A stretch of 64,000 nucleotides of DNA from Anaerolineales bacterium UBA2200 (lineage in GTDB: Bacteria; Chloroflexota; Anaerolineae; UBA2200). Made by a program: the position numbers and the translations under genes. Below are positions 19,326 to 29,005 of this stretch, one piece after another. Below the pieces are notes generated by a model. The model made no database searches and had not been told where the DNA came from. It saw only the letters and a list, made by a program, of their open reading frames with translations. Position 1 is the first letter of the stretch, and every line of letters begins with the position of its first letter. The DNA is taken from contig DCVA01000003.1 of NCBI GenBank assembly GCA_002327925.1, positions 5,809 through 69,808 on the forward strand, given 5' to 3'.

Positions 19326-21902
19326 TCAGGCCCCCCACACAATCAGGCGAGGCTCGAAGGGATTGGGTAGATCCTCGTTGCGGGGCAGGACCCTCAGCGT
19401 GTACCCCCGCACGCCGCTGTGCTGGTTGCGCGACTTGCCCTCAAAGAGGGACACGCCCCTTCTCTGACGGACAAAGACCATCTGGGTGGCCCGGCCTTCA
19501 GTAATCTCGTGATCCGAGTCCAGCACGCCCTCATAGAGCTCGACTGACACGTCGTCCGGCGTAAGCTGACCCAGCTCCACGCTGGCGCGTACCACCAGCT
19601 CTGAGCCAACCGGCAGTTCCACTCCTCCGTCGTCTCCCAACGGGGCTGCCCGGCTGTCCGACTCGACGCCGACAATCTTCACCCCGGACCAGTGCTGGTA
19701 CAGACGGGCCTTCCATTCGGCGAGGGATCTCGCGCGGGCAAAGTTCTTGGCCGTGAGTCGGGAATGGCGCCACTCAGCCGGCTGATACAGACGCTCCGTA
19801 TATTCGATCGCCATACGACCTGTGCTATAGGCTGGCACCAGGCATCGGATCGAGTCTTTCATCCGCTGAATCCAGCCGCGTGGCAGCTCATCAGGCCCGC
19901 GATTGTAGAAGAGGGGAACGACCTCCTTCTCCAGCAGGTCGTAGATCGCGTTGGATTCGACTTGATCCTGATAGTTCAGATCCTCATAGACCTCGCCGCG
20001 GCCGATGGCCCAGCCGAGCTCCGGCCTGTAAGCTTCCGCCCACCAGCCATCCAGCACGCTCATATTGAGCCCACCGTTGACAGCTGCTTTCATGCCGCTG
20101 GTGCCGCTGGCCTCCTGCAGCAATCGGGGAGTGTTGAGCCACAGGTCCACGCCCTGCAGGAGATATCTTGCCACGTTCACATCATAGTCCTCGATGAAGA
20201 CGACGTTGCGCAAGCCCTTGTTGCGCAGCAGGTGAACCAGCTGTCGGATCAGTTCCTTGGCCGGGTTGTCCTGCGGGTGGGCCTTGCCGGCGAAGATAAG
20301 TTGCACCGGGCGCTCGACGTTGTTGAGGATGCCGGCCAGGCGCTCTGCGTCGCGCAAGAGCAGTGTGGCCCGCTTGTAGACGGCAAAGCGGCGCGCAAAG
20401 CCGATGGTCAAGGCCTGTGGGTCGAGGAGCTCGCCCGACCGCTCCACCTCGGCAGGCGGCGAGCCGCGCTGCTCCATCTGGTGGCGCAGCCTCCTGCGGG
20501 CAAAAGCCACCAGGCGCGTTCGTCGTCTCTCGTGAACACGCCACAACTCTTCATCGGGGATCTCGTCCACCGCTTCCCACGCGCTGCTGTCCGCCGGATT
20601 CTGACTCCAGCGCGGGCCCAGATAGCGGTCAAAGAGCGCGGCCATATCCTGCGAGATCCACGAGCGCGTGTGCACCCCATTGTTGATCGCTATGATCGGC
20701 ACTTCCCAGGTCGGCACGTCCGGCCAGATGTTCTGCCACAGCTCCCGCGACACGTCGGCGTGGATCTGACTCACCGCATTGGTCTGAGCCAGGCGCAGCG
20801 CCAGCACCGCCATGTTCACCGGCTCATCGGGGTTGTAGCGATTCAGGCGACCCATGGCCAGGAAATCGTCCCTTGAGATATGCAGGAGATCGTAGTACTG
20901 CCCCAGGTAGCGGTCGATCAAGTAAGGGCCGAAAAGGTCGATGCCGGCGGGGACGGAAGTATGGGTGGTGAATATGGTGCTGGTGGCGACGACCTCGCGT
21001 GCCTCGGCCAGGCTCAGCCCCTTGGTTTGCACAAGCTGGCGGATTCGCTCGATCGCCAGAAACCCGGAGTGACCCTCGTTCATGTGACATACACTGGGTT
21101 CGATGCCCAGGGCCTGAAGGGCCTTCAGCCCGCCGATTCCCAGCAGAACCTCCTGCCGGATGCGCATCTCGGCGTCACCGCCGTAGAGCTGGTGGGTAAT
21201 ATGTCGATCCTCAGCCTGATTCTGGGCAATGTTCGTGTCCAGCAGGTAGAGCGGCACCCGGCCGACCTGCACGCGCCAGATCTGCGCAACAACGCGACGG
21301 CCTGGATAGTCGACCTCGATGGTGACCGGGACCCCATCGTGCCTCTCGAGGCGCACAGGCAAGGAGTGAAAATCGTTCTCGATGAACTGTTCGCCCTGCC
21401 AGCCATCGGCGTTGAGGTACTGCCGGAAGTATCCTTGCTGATACAGCAGTCCCACGGCTGCCAGCGGCAGTCCCAGGTCGCTGGCCGACTTGAGATAGTC
21501 GCCGGCGAGCAGGCCCATTCCACCCGAGTAGATGGGCAGGCACTCAGTCAGCCCGTACTCAAGGCAGAAATAGCCGATGATTTTCTGGGCCACGTCAGCA
21601 TGATTCTTGTTATGCCAGGTCGTGGTGGAGGTCATGTAGCGTTGAAAGTCGGCGCTAACCCGTTCGAGCTGGGCCAGGAAACCATCCTCCCGCGCCGCGC
21701 TCTCCAGCCGGTCCTGCTCGATCAGCCCGAGCATCTGAACGGGATTGTGACCGGAGGCTTCCCAGGCATCCCGATCCAGCCGCCGAAAGAGCTCGATGGC
21801 CTCGGGATTCCAGGTCCACCAGAGGTTGTACGCCAGCTCCCTCAGCGCGCCGAGCGCCGGGGGCAGTGTGGGAGTGATATTGACAACGAACATCGGTCGC
21901 AT
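19326..21902 (-). CDS. glgP: alpha-glucan phosphorylase (GT35, DUF3417-containing maltodextrin/glycogen phosphorylase)
   Basis: 858 aa. N-terminus LAYNLWWTWNPEA is typical of alpha-glucan family phosphorylases. The PLP-site region is conserved. Confidence 0.9.
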   Translation of the reverse strand: MRPMFVVNITPTLPPALGALRELAYNLWWTWNPEAIELFRRLDRDAWEASGHNPVQMLGLIEQDRLESAAREDGFLAQLERVSADFQRYMTSTTTWHNKNHADVAQKIIGYFCLEYGLTECLPIYSGGMGLLAGDYLKSASDLGLPLAAVGLLYQQGYFRQYLNADGWQGEQFIENDFHSLPVRLERHDGVPVTIEVDYPGRRVVAQIWRVQVGRVPLYLLDTNIAQNQAEDRHITHQLYGGDAEMRIRQEVLLGIGGLKALQALGIEPSVCHMNEGHSGFLAIERIRQLVQTKGLSLAEAREVVATSTIFTTHTSVPAGIDLFGPYLIDRYLGQYYDLLHISRDDFLAMGRLNRYNPDEPVNMAVLALRLAQTNAVSQIHADVSRELWQNIWPDVPTWEVPIIAINNGVHTRSWISQDMAALFDRYLGPRWSQNPADSSAWEAVDEIPDEELWRVHERRRTRLVAFARRRLRHQMEQRGSPPAEVERSGELLDPQALTIGFARRFAVYKRATLLLRDAERLAGILNNVERPVQLIFAGKAHPQDNPAKELIRQLVHLLRNKGLRNVVFIEDYDVNVARYLLQGVDLWLNTPRLLQEASGTSGMKAAVNGGLNMSVLDGWWAEAYRPELGWAIGRGEVYEDLNYQDQVESNAIYDLLEKEVVPLFYNRGPDELPRGWIQRMKDSIRCLVPAYSTGRMAIEYTERLYQPAEWRHSRLTAKNFARARSLAEWKARLYQHWSGVKIVGVESDSRAAPLGDDGGVELPVGSELVVRASVELGQLTPDDVSVELYEGVLDSDHEITEGRATQMVFVRQRRGVSLFEGKSRNQHSGVRGYTLRVLPRNEDLPNPFEPRLIVWGA

Positions 21903-21961
21903 AGGTGTTTCACCTCTCTAGAGTTGGGCGACACCGACGGCGCCAAGAGCGGTCAGGGTCG

Positions 21962-23737
21962 CTAGTCGTAGGCCTTCTGCCGCCACACAGTAAAGCCCTT
22001 CAAACTGGAGCCGCCTATGAACTCGCGCAGGATGGAGTTGGACGGCACCAGGCTTGCTTCCAGGGGCACGAACCACCTCAGCAGAGCCAGCAGACGACGG
22101 CACTCAACATACTCAAGCGAGCTGGGTTCTACCTGATAGAGCAGCGGCTCCGCATAGGGCTTGAGAGCAGACAGCTCATAGGCCAGGGCAGAGTTGAACA
22201 TCACGTCTGCATGCTCCTGATGGGGAAAGATCCAGGTCTTTTCCCCGTCACGTACGCTCTCCCAGCGCCTCAGTGTGTCGATCGCCGAGTAGCCACGCTC
22301 ACGCGCATCGCGAACGATGCGGCGGATCAGTCGGGTCTCGGTCGTGGGTACCCGATTGTAGTGATCCAGGTTGAGCTGAGTCAGAGCCGAGACGTAGATT
22401 CGATAGATCGATTCGGCCGGCACGGTCGGCACGAGCCTGGGATTGAGGCCATGGATGCCCTCGAGCAGGATGATGTGATCCGCGCTCAGCCTCAGCCACT
22501 CGCCCTGCTCCCTGCGACCGGTCTGGAAGCTGTACCTGGGTAGCCGCACCAGCCGGCCGGCCATCAACTCTGACAACTGCGTGTTGAGCAGGTCGCGGTC
22601 GATGGCGTCTAGGTGTTCAAAGTTGTACTCGCCGTTGTCGGTCTTGGGCGTTTGTTCACGGTCGACGAAGTAATTGTCCAGTTCGACTGTGACCGGGCGC
22701 AGGCCTGCCGCGAGAAGCTGAACAGCCAGCCTCTTGGAGAAGGTGGTCTTGCCCGACGAAGAGGGACCGGCGATCAGTACCAGTCTGAGCGTGTCACGGC
22801 GCCTGGCTATCTCTGTGGCCACCTGTGCGATGCGCTGCTCGTGCAAAGCCTCCGAGACCAGCGCAACCTCACCGCCGCGACCGGCTTCGATGGCTTCATT
22901 CAGCGCTCCGACGTCGCTAATGCCGAGCACTCGCAACCAGTTGCCGTACTCGCGGAATACCCCAACCAGCTTGGGGTACTCCACCACGGGCTGCAGGCCC
23001 TCAGGGGCCTCGTGCCGCGGATAGCGCAGAATGAATCCGGTAGAGTAGTGCTGCAGGGAAAAAGTGTGCAGGTAGCCCGTGGAGGGCACCGTGTAGCCAT
23101 GGAAATAGTCTTCCACGCCACGCAGACGGTACAGCGTGACATAGTTGCGCTTTCGATAGCGCAGCAACCGCACTTTGTCCTGCTGCCCACGTCGGCCGAA
23201 GAGGTCGAATGCCTCCGCCACCGAGGCGCTGCGTTTCTCGATCGGCGCGTCTTCGGCGACAATCTCACGCATCCGTTGCTCGACGCGGGCCACTTCGCCC
23301 GGCTCGAGCGGCTCGCGCCCGTGCGCCTCGCAGAACAGCCCCCCAAAAGTGAGCGAGTGGTCCACATAGACCTGTACACCAGGGTAGAGCTCCTCCATGG
23401 CAACCACAAGCAAGAAGGCCAGGGAGCGGCGGTAGATCCTCATACCGTCGGCCTGGCCGATGTGAACCGGGGTGACCTCCACGTCATGCGTGATGGGGTG
23501 GGTCAGCTCGTATAGCTTAAAGTCGATGAGGCCAGCGACGATGGTGACGGGCCCACTATCATAAGCCGCCTCAACAAAAGCCTCGAGCTGGGTGCCAATG
23601 GGTGCCTCAAAGATGCGGCCGTCAGGGAACTTGACCAACGCCGTTGATCGCCCTGTCGATTCCCGGGGAGTGGCTTCTCCGCCACGATCGGTTAACCTGG
23701 GCTTGGCCAGGCTCTCTCGATGGACTGCTGAATTCAT
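21962..23737 (-). CDS. uridine kinase family protein with N-terminal ThrRS-like TGS/N2 domains
   Basis: P-loop GPSSSGKTTFSKRL plus a udk-like core. The N-terminal ~300 aa resemble the threonyl-tRNA synthetase N-terminal domains. Confidence 0.8.
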   Translation of the reverse strand: MNSAVHRESLAKPRLTDRGGEATPRESTGRSTALVKFPDGRIFEAPIGTQLEAFVEAAYDSGPVTIVAGLIDFKLYELTHPITHDVEVTPVHIGQADGMRIYRRSLAFLLVVAMEELYPGVQVYVDHSLTFGGLFCEAHGREPLEPGEVARVEQRMREIVAEDAPIEKRSASVAEAFDLFGRRGQQDKVRLLRYRKRNYVTLYRLRGVEDYFHGYTVPSTGYLHTFSLQHYSTGFILRYPRHEAPEGLQPVVEYPKLVGVFREYGNWLRVLGISDVGALNEAIEAGRGGEVALVSEALHEQRIAQVATEIARRRDTLRLVLIAGPSSSGKTTFSKRLAVQLLAAGLRPVTVELDNYFVDREQTPKTDNGEYNFEHLDAIDRDLLNTQLSELMAGRLVRLPRYSFQTGRREQGEWLRLSADHIILLEGIHGLNPRLVPTVPAESIYRIYVSALTQLNLDHYNRVPTTETRLIRRIVRDARERGYSAIDTLRRWESVRDGEKTWIFPHQEHADVMFNSALAYELSALKPYAEPLLYQVEPSSLEYVECRRLLALLRWFVPLEASLVPSNSILREFIGGSSLKGFTVWRQKAYD

Positions 23738-23895
23738 AGACGCGATTTGCCAGTATAGCACAACTCCACCAGCCAGCAAAGCAGAGTCGCCAACGCCTGT
23801 CAGCGAGCCGACAGAATGCTGTCAGGCACGTGGCAGCGAGATATGGTAGAATGGAGCCGTAGCATGCAAGCGCAAGCAGAGCAAGGAGGAAAGAG

Positions 23896-24564
23896 ATGGG
23901 AATCTTGAATCGGATCAGCACCATACTCAAGGCCAATCTGAACGACGTGCTGGACAGAGCAGAGAATCCAGAGGTGATGCTGGATCAGTACATTCGCGAC
24001 CTGGAGAACGCGGTCAGCGAGGCGCGAGAAGAGCTCATCAACTCGATGGCCGACGAGAAGCGGCTGGCCGCCAAGCTGGAAGAACGGAACCGTCAGGTCC
24101 GGATGTGGCAGGCCAATGCCGAGCAGGCCGTTCAGCTTGGCAAGGATGAAGCCGCCAAGTCCGCACTCCGCGCGGTGCGAGCCTATCAGGAGGAGGCACA
24201 GGCAGTCTCTGCCACCTGGCAGGAGCAGAAGGACAAGGTCGCCGAGCTGCAGGGGCAGTACGAGCTCGTTGAGAAGAAGCTGGCCTCCGTCAACAGCGAG
24301 AGGGACAGCTTGCTGGCGCGCTACACGACCACCCGCGTGAAGGAGAAGGTAACCACGGCCAAGGTCAAGGTCGATAAGGCCAAGGTTGCCATCAAGGGCG
24401 TGGAGCGCATGAAGGAGCGTATGGAGACCGAAGCCGCCAGGGCCGAGGCGCGCGAAGAGATGGCCTCCATGAGCTCAGCCGTTCAGGACGCCGAAAAGCT
24501 CCAGGCCGAGCTCGACATAGAGGCCAGGCTGGCCGAACTCAAGGCCAAGCTGGCTGCCAAGTAG
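23896..24564 (+). CDS. pspA: PspA/IM30 family protein
   Basis: MGILNRISTILKANLNDVLDRAENPE… coiled-coil, 222 aa. Strong RBS AAGGAGG. Confidence 0.85.
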   Translation: MGILNRISTILKANLNDVLDRAENPEVMLDQYIRDLENAVSEAREELINSMADEKRLAAKLEERNRQVRMWQANAEQAVQLGKDEAAKSALRAVRAYQEEAQAVSATWQEQKDKVAELQGQYELVEKKLASVNSERDSLLARYTTTRVKEKVTTAKVKVDKAKVAIKGVERMKERMETEAARAEAREEMASMSSAVQDAEKLQAELDIEARLAELKAKLAAK

Positions 24565-24578
24565 TCACCTTTGCGATC

Positions 24579-24620
24579 AGGAGACCGGGCCCAACTCCAT
24601 TGCCCGGTCTCCTCTTTGCT
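24579..24620 (+). terminator. hairpin (AGGAGACCGGGC…GCCCGGTCTCCT) + CTTTGCT, candidate terminator after pspA
   Basis: Seen in sequence. Confidence 0.45.
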
Positions 24621-24708
24621 GAACCCGGATGAAACGCTATAATGCGCCCGTGCGCCAAGCCCGGCCAGGACGGGGCCGGCCTCATTCCCGATCAGAGGAG
24701 ATGGGTTC

Positions 24709-26238
24709 ATGCGTTTTCCCCGGTCCAGCGGTATTCTCCTTCACCCCACGTCGCTACCCGGCCGTTGGGGCATTGGCGACCTCGGTCCCGAGGCCTTTCG
24801 GTTCGTTGACTTTCTGGAGCAGACAGGTCAGGGCATCTGGCAGGTGCTGCCCCTGGGCCCCACCGGCTACGGCGATTCGCCATACCAGTGCTTCTCCGCG
24901 TTCGCCGGCAACCCCCTGCTCATCAGCCCCGATCTCCTGCTGGAGCATGGGCACCTGCAACCCTCGGACATCGAGGACGCTCCCTTATTCCCCGCTGCGG
25001 TTGTCGATTATGGCCCTGTAATCCAGTTCAAATCGGCACTGCTGGCCAGGTCATTCTCGAACTGGACGAACCGCCCTCCGGACCAGGAGGAGCAGGCCAG
25101 ATTTGCGGCTTTCTGCGCCAGGCACAGCGCCTGGCTGGACGACTACGCCCTGTTCATGGCCCTCAAGGACGCACACGGCGGCGCCGTCTGGACGACCTGG
25201 GAGGGAGATATCTCCGCGCGGACGCCCTCTGCGCTGACGCTCTGGAGCGAGCTCCTGTCGGCGGAGGTCCGCAAGCACAAGTACCTGCAATACGTGTTCT
25301 TTGAGCAGTGGGGGGCACTACGCCGCTATGCGGCTCAGCACGGCGTGCGTATGGTAGGGGACATCCCCATCTTTGTGGCACACGATAGTGCCGACGTATG
25401 GGCCCATCCCGAGCTGTTCTCGCTGGATGAGGCGGGCAATCCCACAGTCGTGGCGGGTGTGCCGCCTGACTACTTCAGCGCCACCGGACAGCTCTGGGGC
25501 AACCCCCACTACCGCTGGGAGCGTATGGCAGAATCCGGATACGCCTGGTGGATCGACCGATTTCGTGCCACTCTGGAGATGGTGGACATAGTACGGCTGG
25601 ATCACTTCCGCGGATTTGAAGCGTACTGGGAGGTTCCTGCCAGCGAAAAGACCGCAGTGCTCGGCAGGTGGGTCAAAGGACCTGGCGCCGATCTCTTCCA
25701 TGCCGTGGAGACGGTTCTGGGAAAGCTGCCCATCATCGCCGAGGATCTGGGACTGATCACACCGCCTGTGGCTGCACTGCGCGAACAGTTCGAGCTGCCC
25801 GGCATGCGCATCTTCCAGTTCGGTTTCGCCAGCGACGGCAAGGATCCCTTCCTGCCTCATAACTACATTCGCAACTGCGTGGTCTATACGGGAACGCACG
25901 ACAATGACACGGTGCTCGGCTGGTTCAACTCGGCACCCGCAAAGGAGCGCGAGGCAGCCCTGGCCTACTGCGGAACGGATGGCACTCACATTTCGTGGGA
26001 TCTGGCACGCTGGCTGCTTGCTTCCGTGGCAGACACAGCCATCGTGCCACTGCAGGATCTACTGGGTCTGGGCCCAGAAGCGCGCATGAACTATCCCAGC
26101 CGTCTGGGAGGCAACTGGAGCTGGCGATTCGAAGCCAGCGCACTGACGACCGAGCTGCGAACAGACCTGCGAAGGCTCACCGAGATTTACGGGCGCGTCA
26201 ATCCTGTTTCGCAGTCCGGCTCACAGCCGTCCAGCTAG
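24709..26238 (+). CDS. malQ: 4-alpha-glucanotransferase (amylomaltase, GH77)
   Basis: N-terminus SGILLHPTSLPGRWGIGDLG. GH77 catalytic regions are present. 509 aa. Confidence 0.9.
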   Translation: MRFPRSSGILLHPTSLPGRWGIGDLGPEAFRFVDFLEQTGQGIWQVLPLGPTGYGDSPYQCFSAFAGNPLLISPDLLLEHGHLQPSDIEDAPLFPAAVVDYGPVIQFKSALLARSFSNWTNRPPDQEEQARFAAFCARHSAWLDDYALFMALKDAHGGAVWTTWEGDISARTPSALTLWSELLSAEVRKHKYLQYVFFEQWGALRRYAAQHGVRMVGDIPIFVAHDSADVWAHPELFSLDEAGNPTVVAGVPPDYFSATGQLWGNPHYRWERMAESGYAWWIDRFRATLEMVDIVRLDHFRGFEAYWEVPASEKTAVLGRWVKGPGADLFHAVETVLGKLPIIAEDLGLITPPVAALREQFELPGMRIFQFGFASDGKDPFLPHNYIRNCVVYTGTHDNDTVLGWFNSAPAKEREAALAYCGTDGTHISWDLARWLLASVADTAIVPLQDLLGLGPEARMNYPSRLGGNWSWRFEASALTTELRTDLRRLTEIYGRVNPVSQSGSQPSS

Positions 26239-27082
26239 CACGGTATTCCGCTCCCTCGCCGCCAGCAGGGATCGCGGCAGGCGAGACGTCCCATCTGCCT
26301 CTGTAACCAAGCTGCAGCGCCGTGAGCTCAAAGTGACACATTGCGATGCCCATATCGACCCGCTGCAGGTCGGGCAGCTCCGCCATGGAGGTACCCCGCC
26401 TGTACCCAGGCGTTCGCTGCAGGATAAAGTGCCACGCATCGCCCGACCTCACAACACGCCAGGGTTGTTTGTTGGACGCAGATGGAGCGCGGCGTACCAT
26501 GTCCAGGACCGCCGCGAACTCCCCCGCTGACTCCCGGCTCAGTGGCACACCCGGGCGTCCCTCGAAGAACAACTCTTCCCAGGGCCGCCTGCTGACCGAG
26601 CCGGCTCCCGCTCGGAAGATCCGATCCACGACCCTCACCCGGTCCGCGATGAGGCCCAGCGCCACAACCGCGGGCATGGTCTCGCCATCGCGCAACTCAG
26701 CCCGGGCGGCAAAGTTGCTGCGGCGATAGGTGCCTCCCAGCCAGCAACTGCCCAGATCCAGATCTGTGGCCAGCAGGACGCTTTGCTCCAGCGCGTATCC
26801 CACATCCTCCATATCCATCTCACCCTTACTCACCACACCGACCAGGAAGCCAGCCGGGTTACGGATCACGCCGTACGTACCCAGACCCCGCAGATTCTCT
26901 CCCTCAGAGTCGGAGGAGGCGAGCAGGAGCAGCCGAAGTGGCGTCCCGAACGGCCCGGCCGTAAGGGAAGAGAACAAGCCCTGCAGCTTGCCCCGTGCCT
27001 CTTCGGGAAGAGGCGCTGACCGGTAGGAACGGCACGAGTAGCGAGCTTGAACAAGTTCGGACACAGGTCGACTGTAGATCAC
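26198..27082 (-). CDS. nitroreductase family protein (SagB-type)
   Basis: Nitroreductase signature (ASNKQPWRVV) on a two-lobed scaffold. GTG start with a GGAGGG RBS. The 3' end overlaps the malQ 3' end (convergent). Confidence 0.7.
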   Translation of the reverse strand: MIYSRPVSELVQARYSCRSYRSAPLPEEARGKLQGLFSSLTAGPFGTPLRLLLLASSDSEGENLRGLGTYGVIRNPAGFLVGVVSKGEMDMEDVGYALEQSVLLATDLDLGSCWLGGTYRRSNFAARAELRDGETMPAVVALGLIADRVRVVDRIFRAGAGSVSRRPWEELFFEGRPGVPLSRESAGEFAAVLDMVRRAPSASNKQPWRVVRSGDAWHFILQRTPGYRRGTSMAELPDLQRVDMGIAMCHFELTALQLGYRGRWDVSPAAIPAGGEGAEYRASWTAVSRTAKQD

Positions 27083-27112
27083 CAGTCCCTCCGGAAGAGG
27101 AATAGATACGCC

Positions 27113-28117
27113 TCAAGCGTCGGTCTGCTGCGGGCGTTCGCAGCCGGACCGCCGGCCGGAACGACCCAGGTAGGGCGACCGGCTCAGCAGCCAGGCATGC
27201 ACTGCAGGCCGGCAGGCCCGGATCATCGGACGCCCCAACCCGACCAGAGACCGGATGGCGGCGGCATGGTCCTCCACAGTGTGACGCTGATAGTGCAGCA
27301 GTCTGCTGCTGAGGCTTGTGTCCAGCCAGTCGGTGGGGTAGGGAGCAGTGGAAAAGGCCGCCGCAGGCAGCATCCCCACTCCGGTTGCCTCCAATACCTG
27401 GCGCACCATATCGCGGTAGTATAGCTGGCAACGCTCACCACCGCCAATCAGCAGCGTTTGACCCCAGACCTGATCGGTGCGGAGGGCGTTGGCAAAGGCG
27501 AGGGCCGCATCGCGATGGTGCACGAACTCGATACGATTGTCCAGTGGGACATCGAACATCCCGGACGAGAACAGTAATCGCCTGGGAAGGGCCGCAGCCA
27601 GCCGCAGAATCGACCACTCGAGCCGCGATGAACGGATCATCTCCTCGCAGGCCACTTTGTGTGATGAGTACGGGTCCACAGGTCCGACCGGATCTGCCAC
27701 AACCCGCGGCGGTGGCCGGTCCTGCGTCAGCCCAAACACGGCCATCGAAGAGGCAAACAACAGCCGAGCGGGATTGGAACTGGCTTCCATGGCGCGGATG
27801 AGATTGGCCGTGCCGCCGACGTTCACATCCCTTGCCAGGTCCGGGCATTTGTCCATGTCGAGACCCGTAGACGACAATTCGGGGATCAGAAACGCCAGGT
27901 GCAGAACGATATCCTGGCCTTGCACGGCCGCCAGGGCGTCCTCCGGCCGGCGCAGGTCGCCCCACGTGACCTCCACGCCGTGGGGAAGGTCACGCGCGAG
28001 CCTGTCGTTGGCGCGGCTGTGCAGGTCAAAGCACCGCACCCGGTGCCCCTGCATCACCAGCTCGTCCAACGTAACCTGACCCAGGTTGCCAAAGGCACCC
28101 GTGAGCAGCACCCTCAT
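27113..28117 (-). CDS. NAD-dependent epimerase/dehydratase family (SDR) protein
   Basis: Rossmann motif MRVLLTGAFGNLG. The AGGAGGAG RBS lies inside the TetR 3' end, with a 1-nt gap after the TetR stop. Confidence 0.75.
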   Translation of the reverse strand: MRVLLTGAFGNLGQVTLDELVMQGHRVRCFDLHSRANDRLARDLPHGVEVTWGDLRRPEDALAAVQGQDIVLHLAFLIPELSSTGLDMDKCPDLARDVNVGGTANLIRAMEASSNPARLLFASSMAVFGLTQDRPPPRVVADPVGPVDPYSSHKVACEEMIRSSRLEWSILRLAAALPRRLLFSSGMFDVPLDNRIEFVHHRDAALAFANALRTDQVWGQTLLIGGGERCQLYYRDMVRQVLEATGVGMLPAAAFSTAPYPTDWLDTSLSSRLLHYQRHTVEDHAAAIRSLVGLGRPMIRACRPAVHAWLLSRSPYLGRSGRRSGCERPQQTDA

Positions 28118-28118
28118 C

Positions 28119-28718
28119 CTAGCTCCTCCTGCGCAAGCCATCGAGGATCAGCGCCACACCATTCTCCGCCGCCCTCCCCCAGTCAGCTCCGTCCGGATCG
28201 AGCAGCCCCTGCAGCATCATCCCAACAGCCAGTGCAAGGATCGTCTGAGCGGCCGCCTCAGAATCCACCCGACGGAGTGAGCCTTCATCGATTCCGTTCT
28301 CAACCATCCCGGCAAAGAGGTCCCGGTACTGGCGGTAGGGCTCGATAATCGTCTTCCAGGCAACTGGATCGCGTGCCGCCTGGGCCCAGAACGCCAGGAA
28401 CATGGGCAGCTGCCCGTGGGCGTCGCGCAGAACCTGCCTGGCCATATGGGCCATTCCCAGGAGCCGTGTCGGAGCCAACTCCTCGGTCACCATGGTCTGC
28501 CTGACCCTGCCTTCGATCTGCCGCAGCCAGGAGTCGAGTAGCTCCAGGAACACGGCTTGCTTCGTCGCAAAGTGGTAGTAGAAGGCGCCCTTGGTGACAC
28601 CCGCTGCGCTGCAGATGTCCGCCACGCCCGTGGCGTCATAACCCTGTCGGGAGAACTCAGCCAGAGCCGCAGACAATATGCGGACACGGGTCTGCTGCCC
28701 TCGTGCTTGCGCTGCCAT
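28119..28718 (-). CDS. TetR/AcrR family transcriptional regulator
   Basis: TetR HTH (RVRILSAALAEFSRQGYDATGVADICSAAGVTKGAFYYHF). The ATG at 28718 has a GGAGGA RBS. The ORF-track N-terminal extension is rejected. Confidence 0.8.
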   Translation of the reverse strand: MAAQARGQQTRVRILSAALAEFSRQGYDATGVADICSAAGVTKGAFYYHFATKQAVFLELLDSWLRQIEGRVRQTMVTEELAPTRLLGMAHMARQVLRDAHGQLPMFLAFWAQAARDPVAWKTIIEPYRQYRDLFAGMVENGIDEGSLRRVDSEAAAQTILALAVGMMLQGLLDPDGADWGRAAENGVALILDGLRRRS

Positions 28719-28727
28719 ACTCCTCCG

Positions 28728-28751
28728 ATCATACCGACTGGTCGGTATGAT
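28728..28751. promoter_or_regulatory. perfect 24-bp palindrome ATCATACCGAC-TG-GTCGGTATGAT, candidate TetR operator
   Basis: Seen in sequence immediately upstream of the TetR RBS, in the TetR/EF-G-paralog divergent intergenic region. Confidence 0.5.
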
Positions 28752-28890
28752 TATCCCATCCCACTCGTCCTTTGTCAAGTCCCCGACAACGGGCTTCAGT
28801 GCGAGGCGGAGGCCGGTTTGACAGCCGGCTTGAGTTGTGGTAGACTTGCAGGTCGCACGCGAGTCGCGGGCGATTACGCGGGACCCTGTA

Positions 28891-28938
28891 ACGAGGCAGT
28901 CGCAGTGGTAAAGCGCCCTGGCTGCCTCGTTTGATTTG
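28891..28938 (+). promoter_or_regulatory. leader hairpin (9-bp stem ACGAGGCAG/CTGCCTCGT) followed by TTGATTTG; possible attenuator in the EF-G paralog 5' UTR
   Basis: Seen in sequence ~70 nt upstream of ATG 29006. A TTGACA-N17-TAGACT promoter-like pair lies further upstream (28819-28847). Confidence 0.3.
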
Positions 28939-29005
28939 GCCAGGTGCCAGTAGAGAAGCAAGGCGCGCCAGTGCGGCGCCAAAACAAAAGGATTGGTAGG
29001 GACTT

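Noticed and set aside
19692-21965. 394-aa and 361-aa plus-strand ORFs antisense to glgP
   Set aside because: Antisense shadow ORFs within a strongly supported phosphorylase gene.
22613-23515. 300-aa ORF antisense to the uridine-kinase fusion gene
   Set aside because: No motifs. Opposite a P-loop kinase gene.
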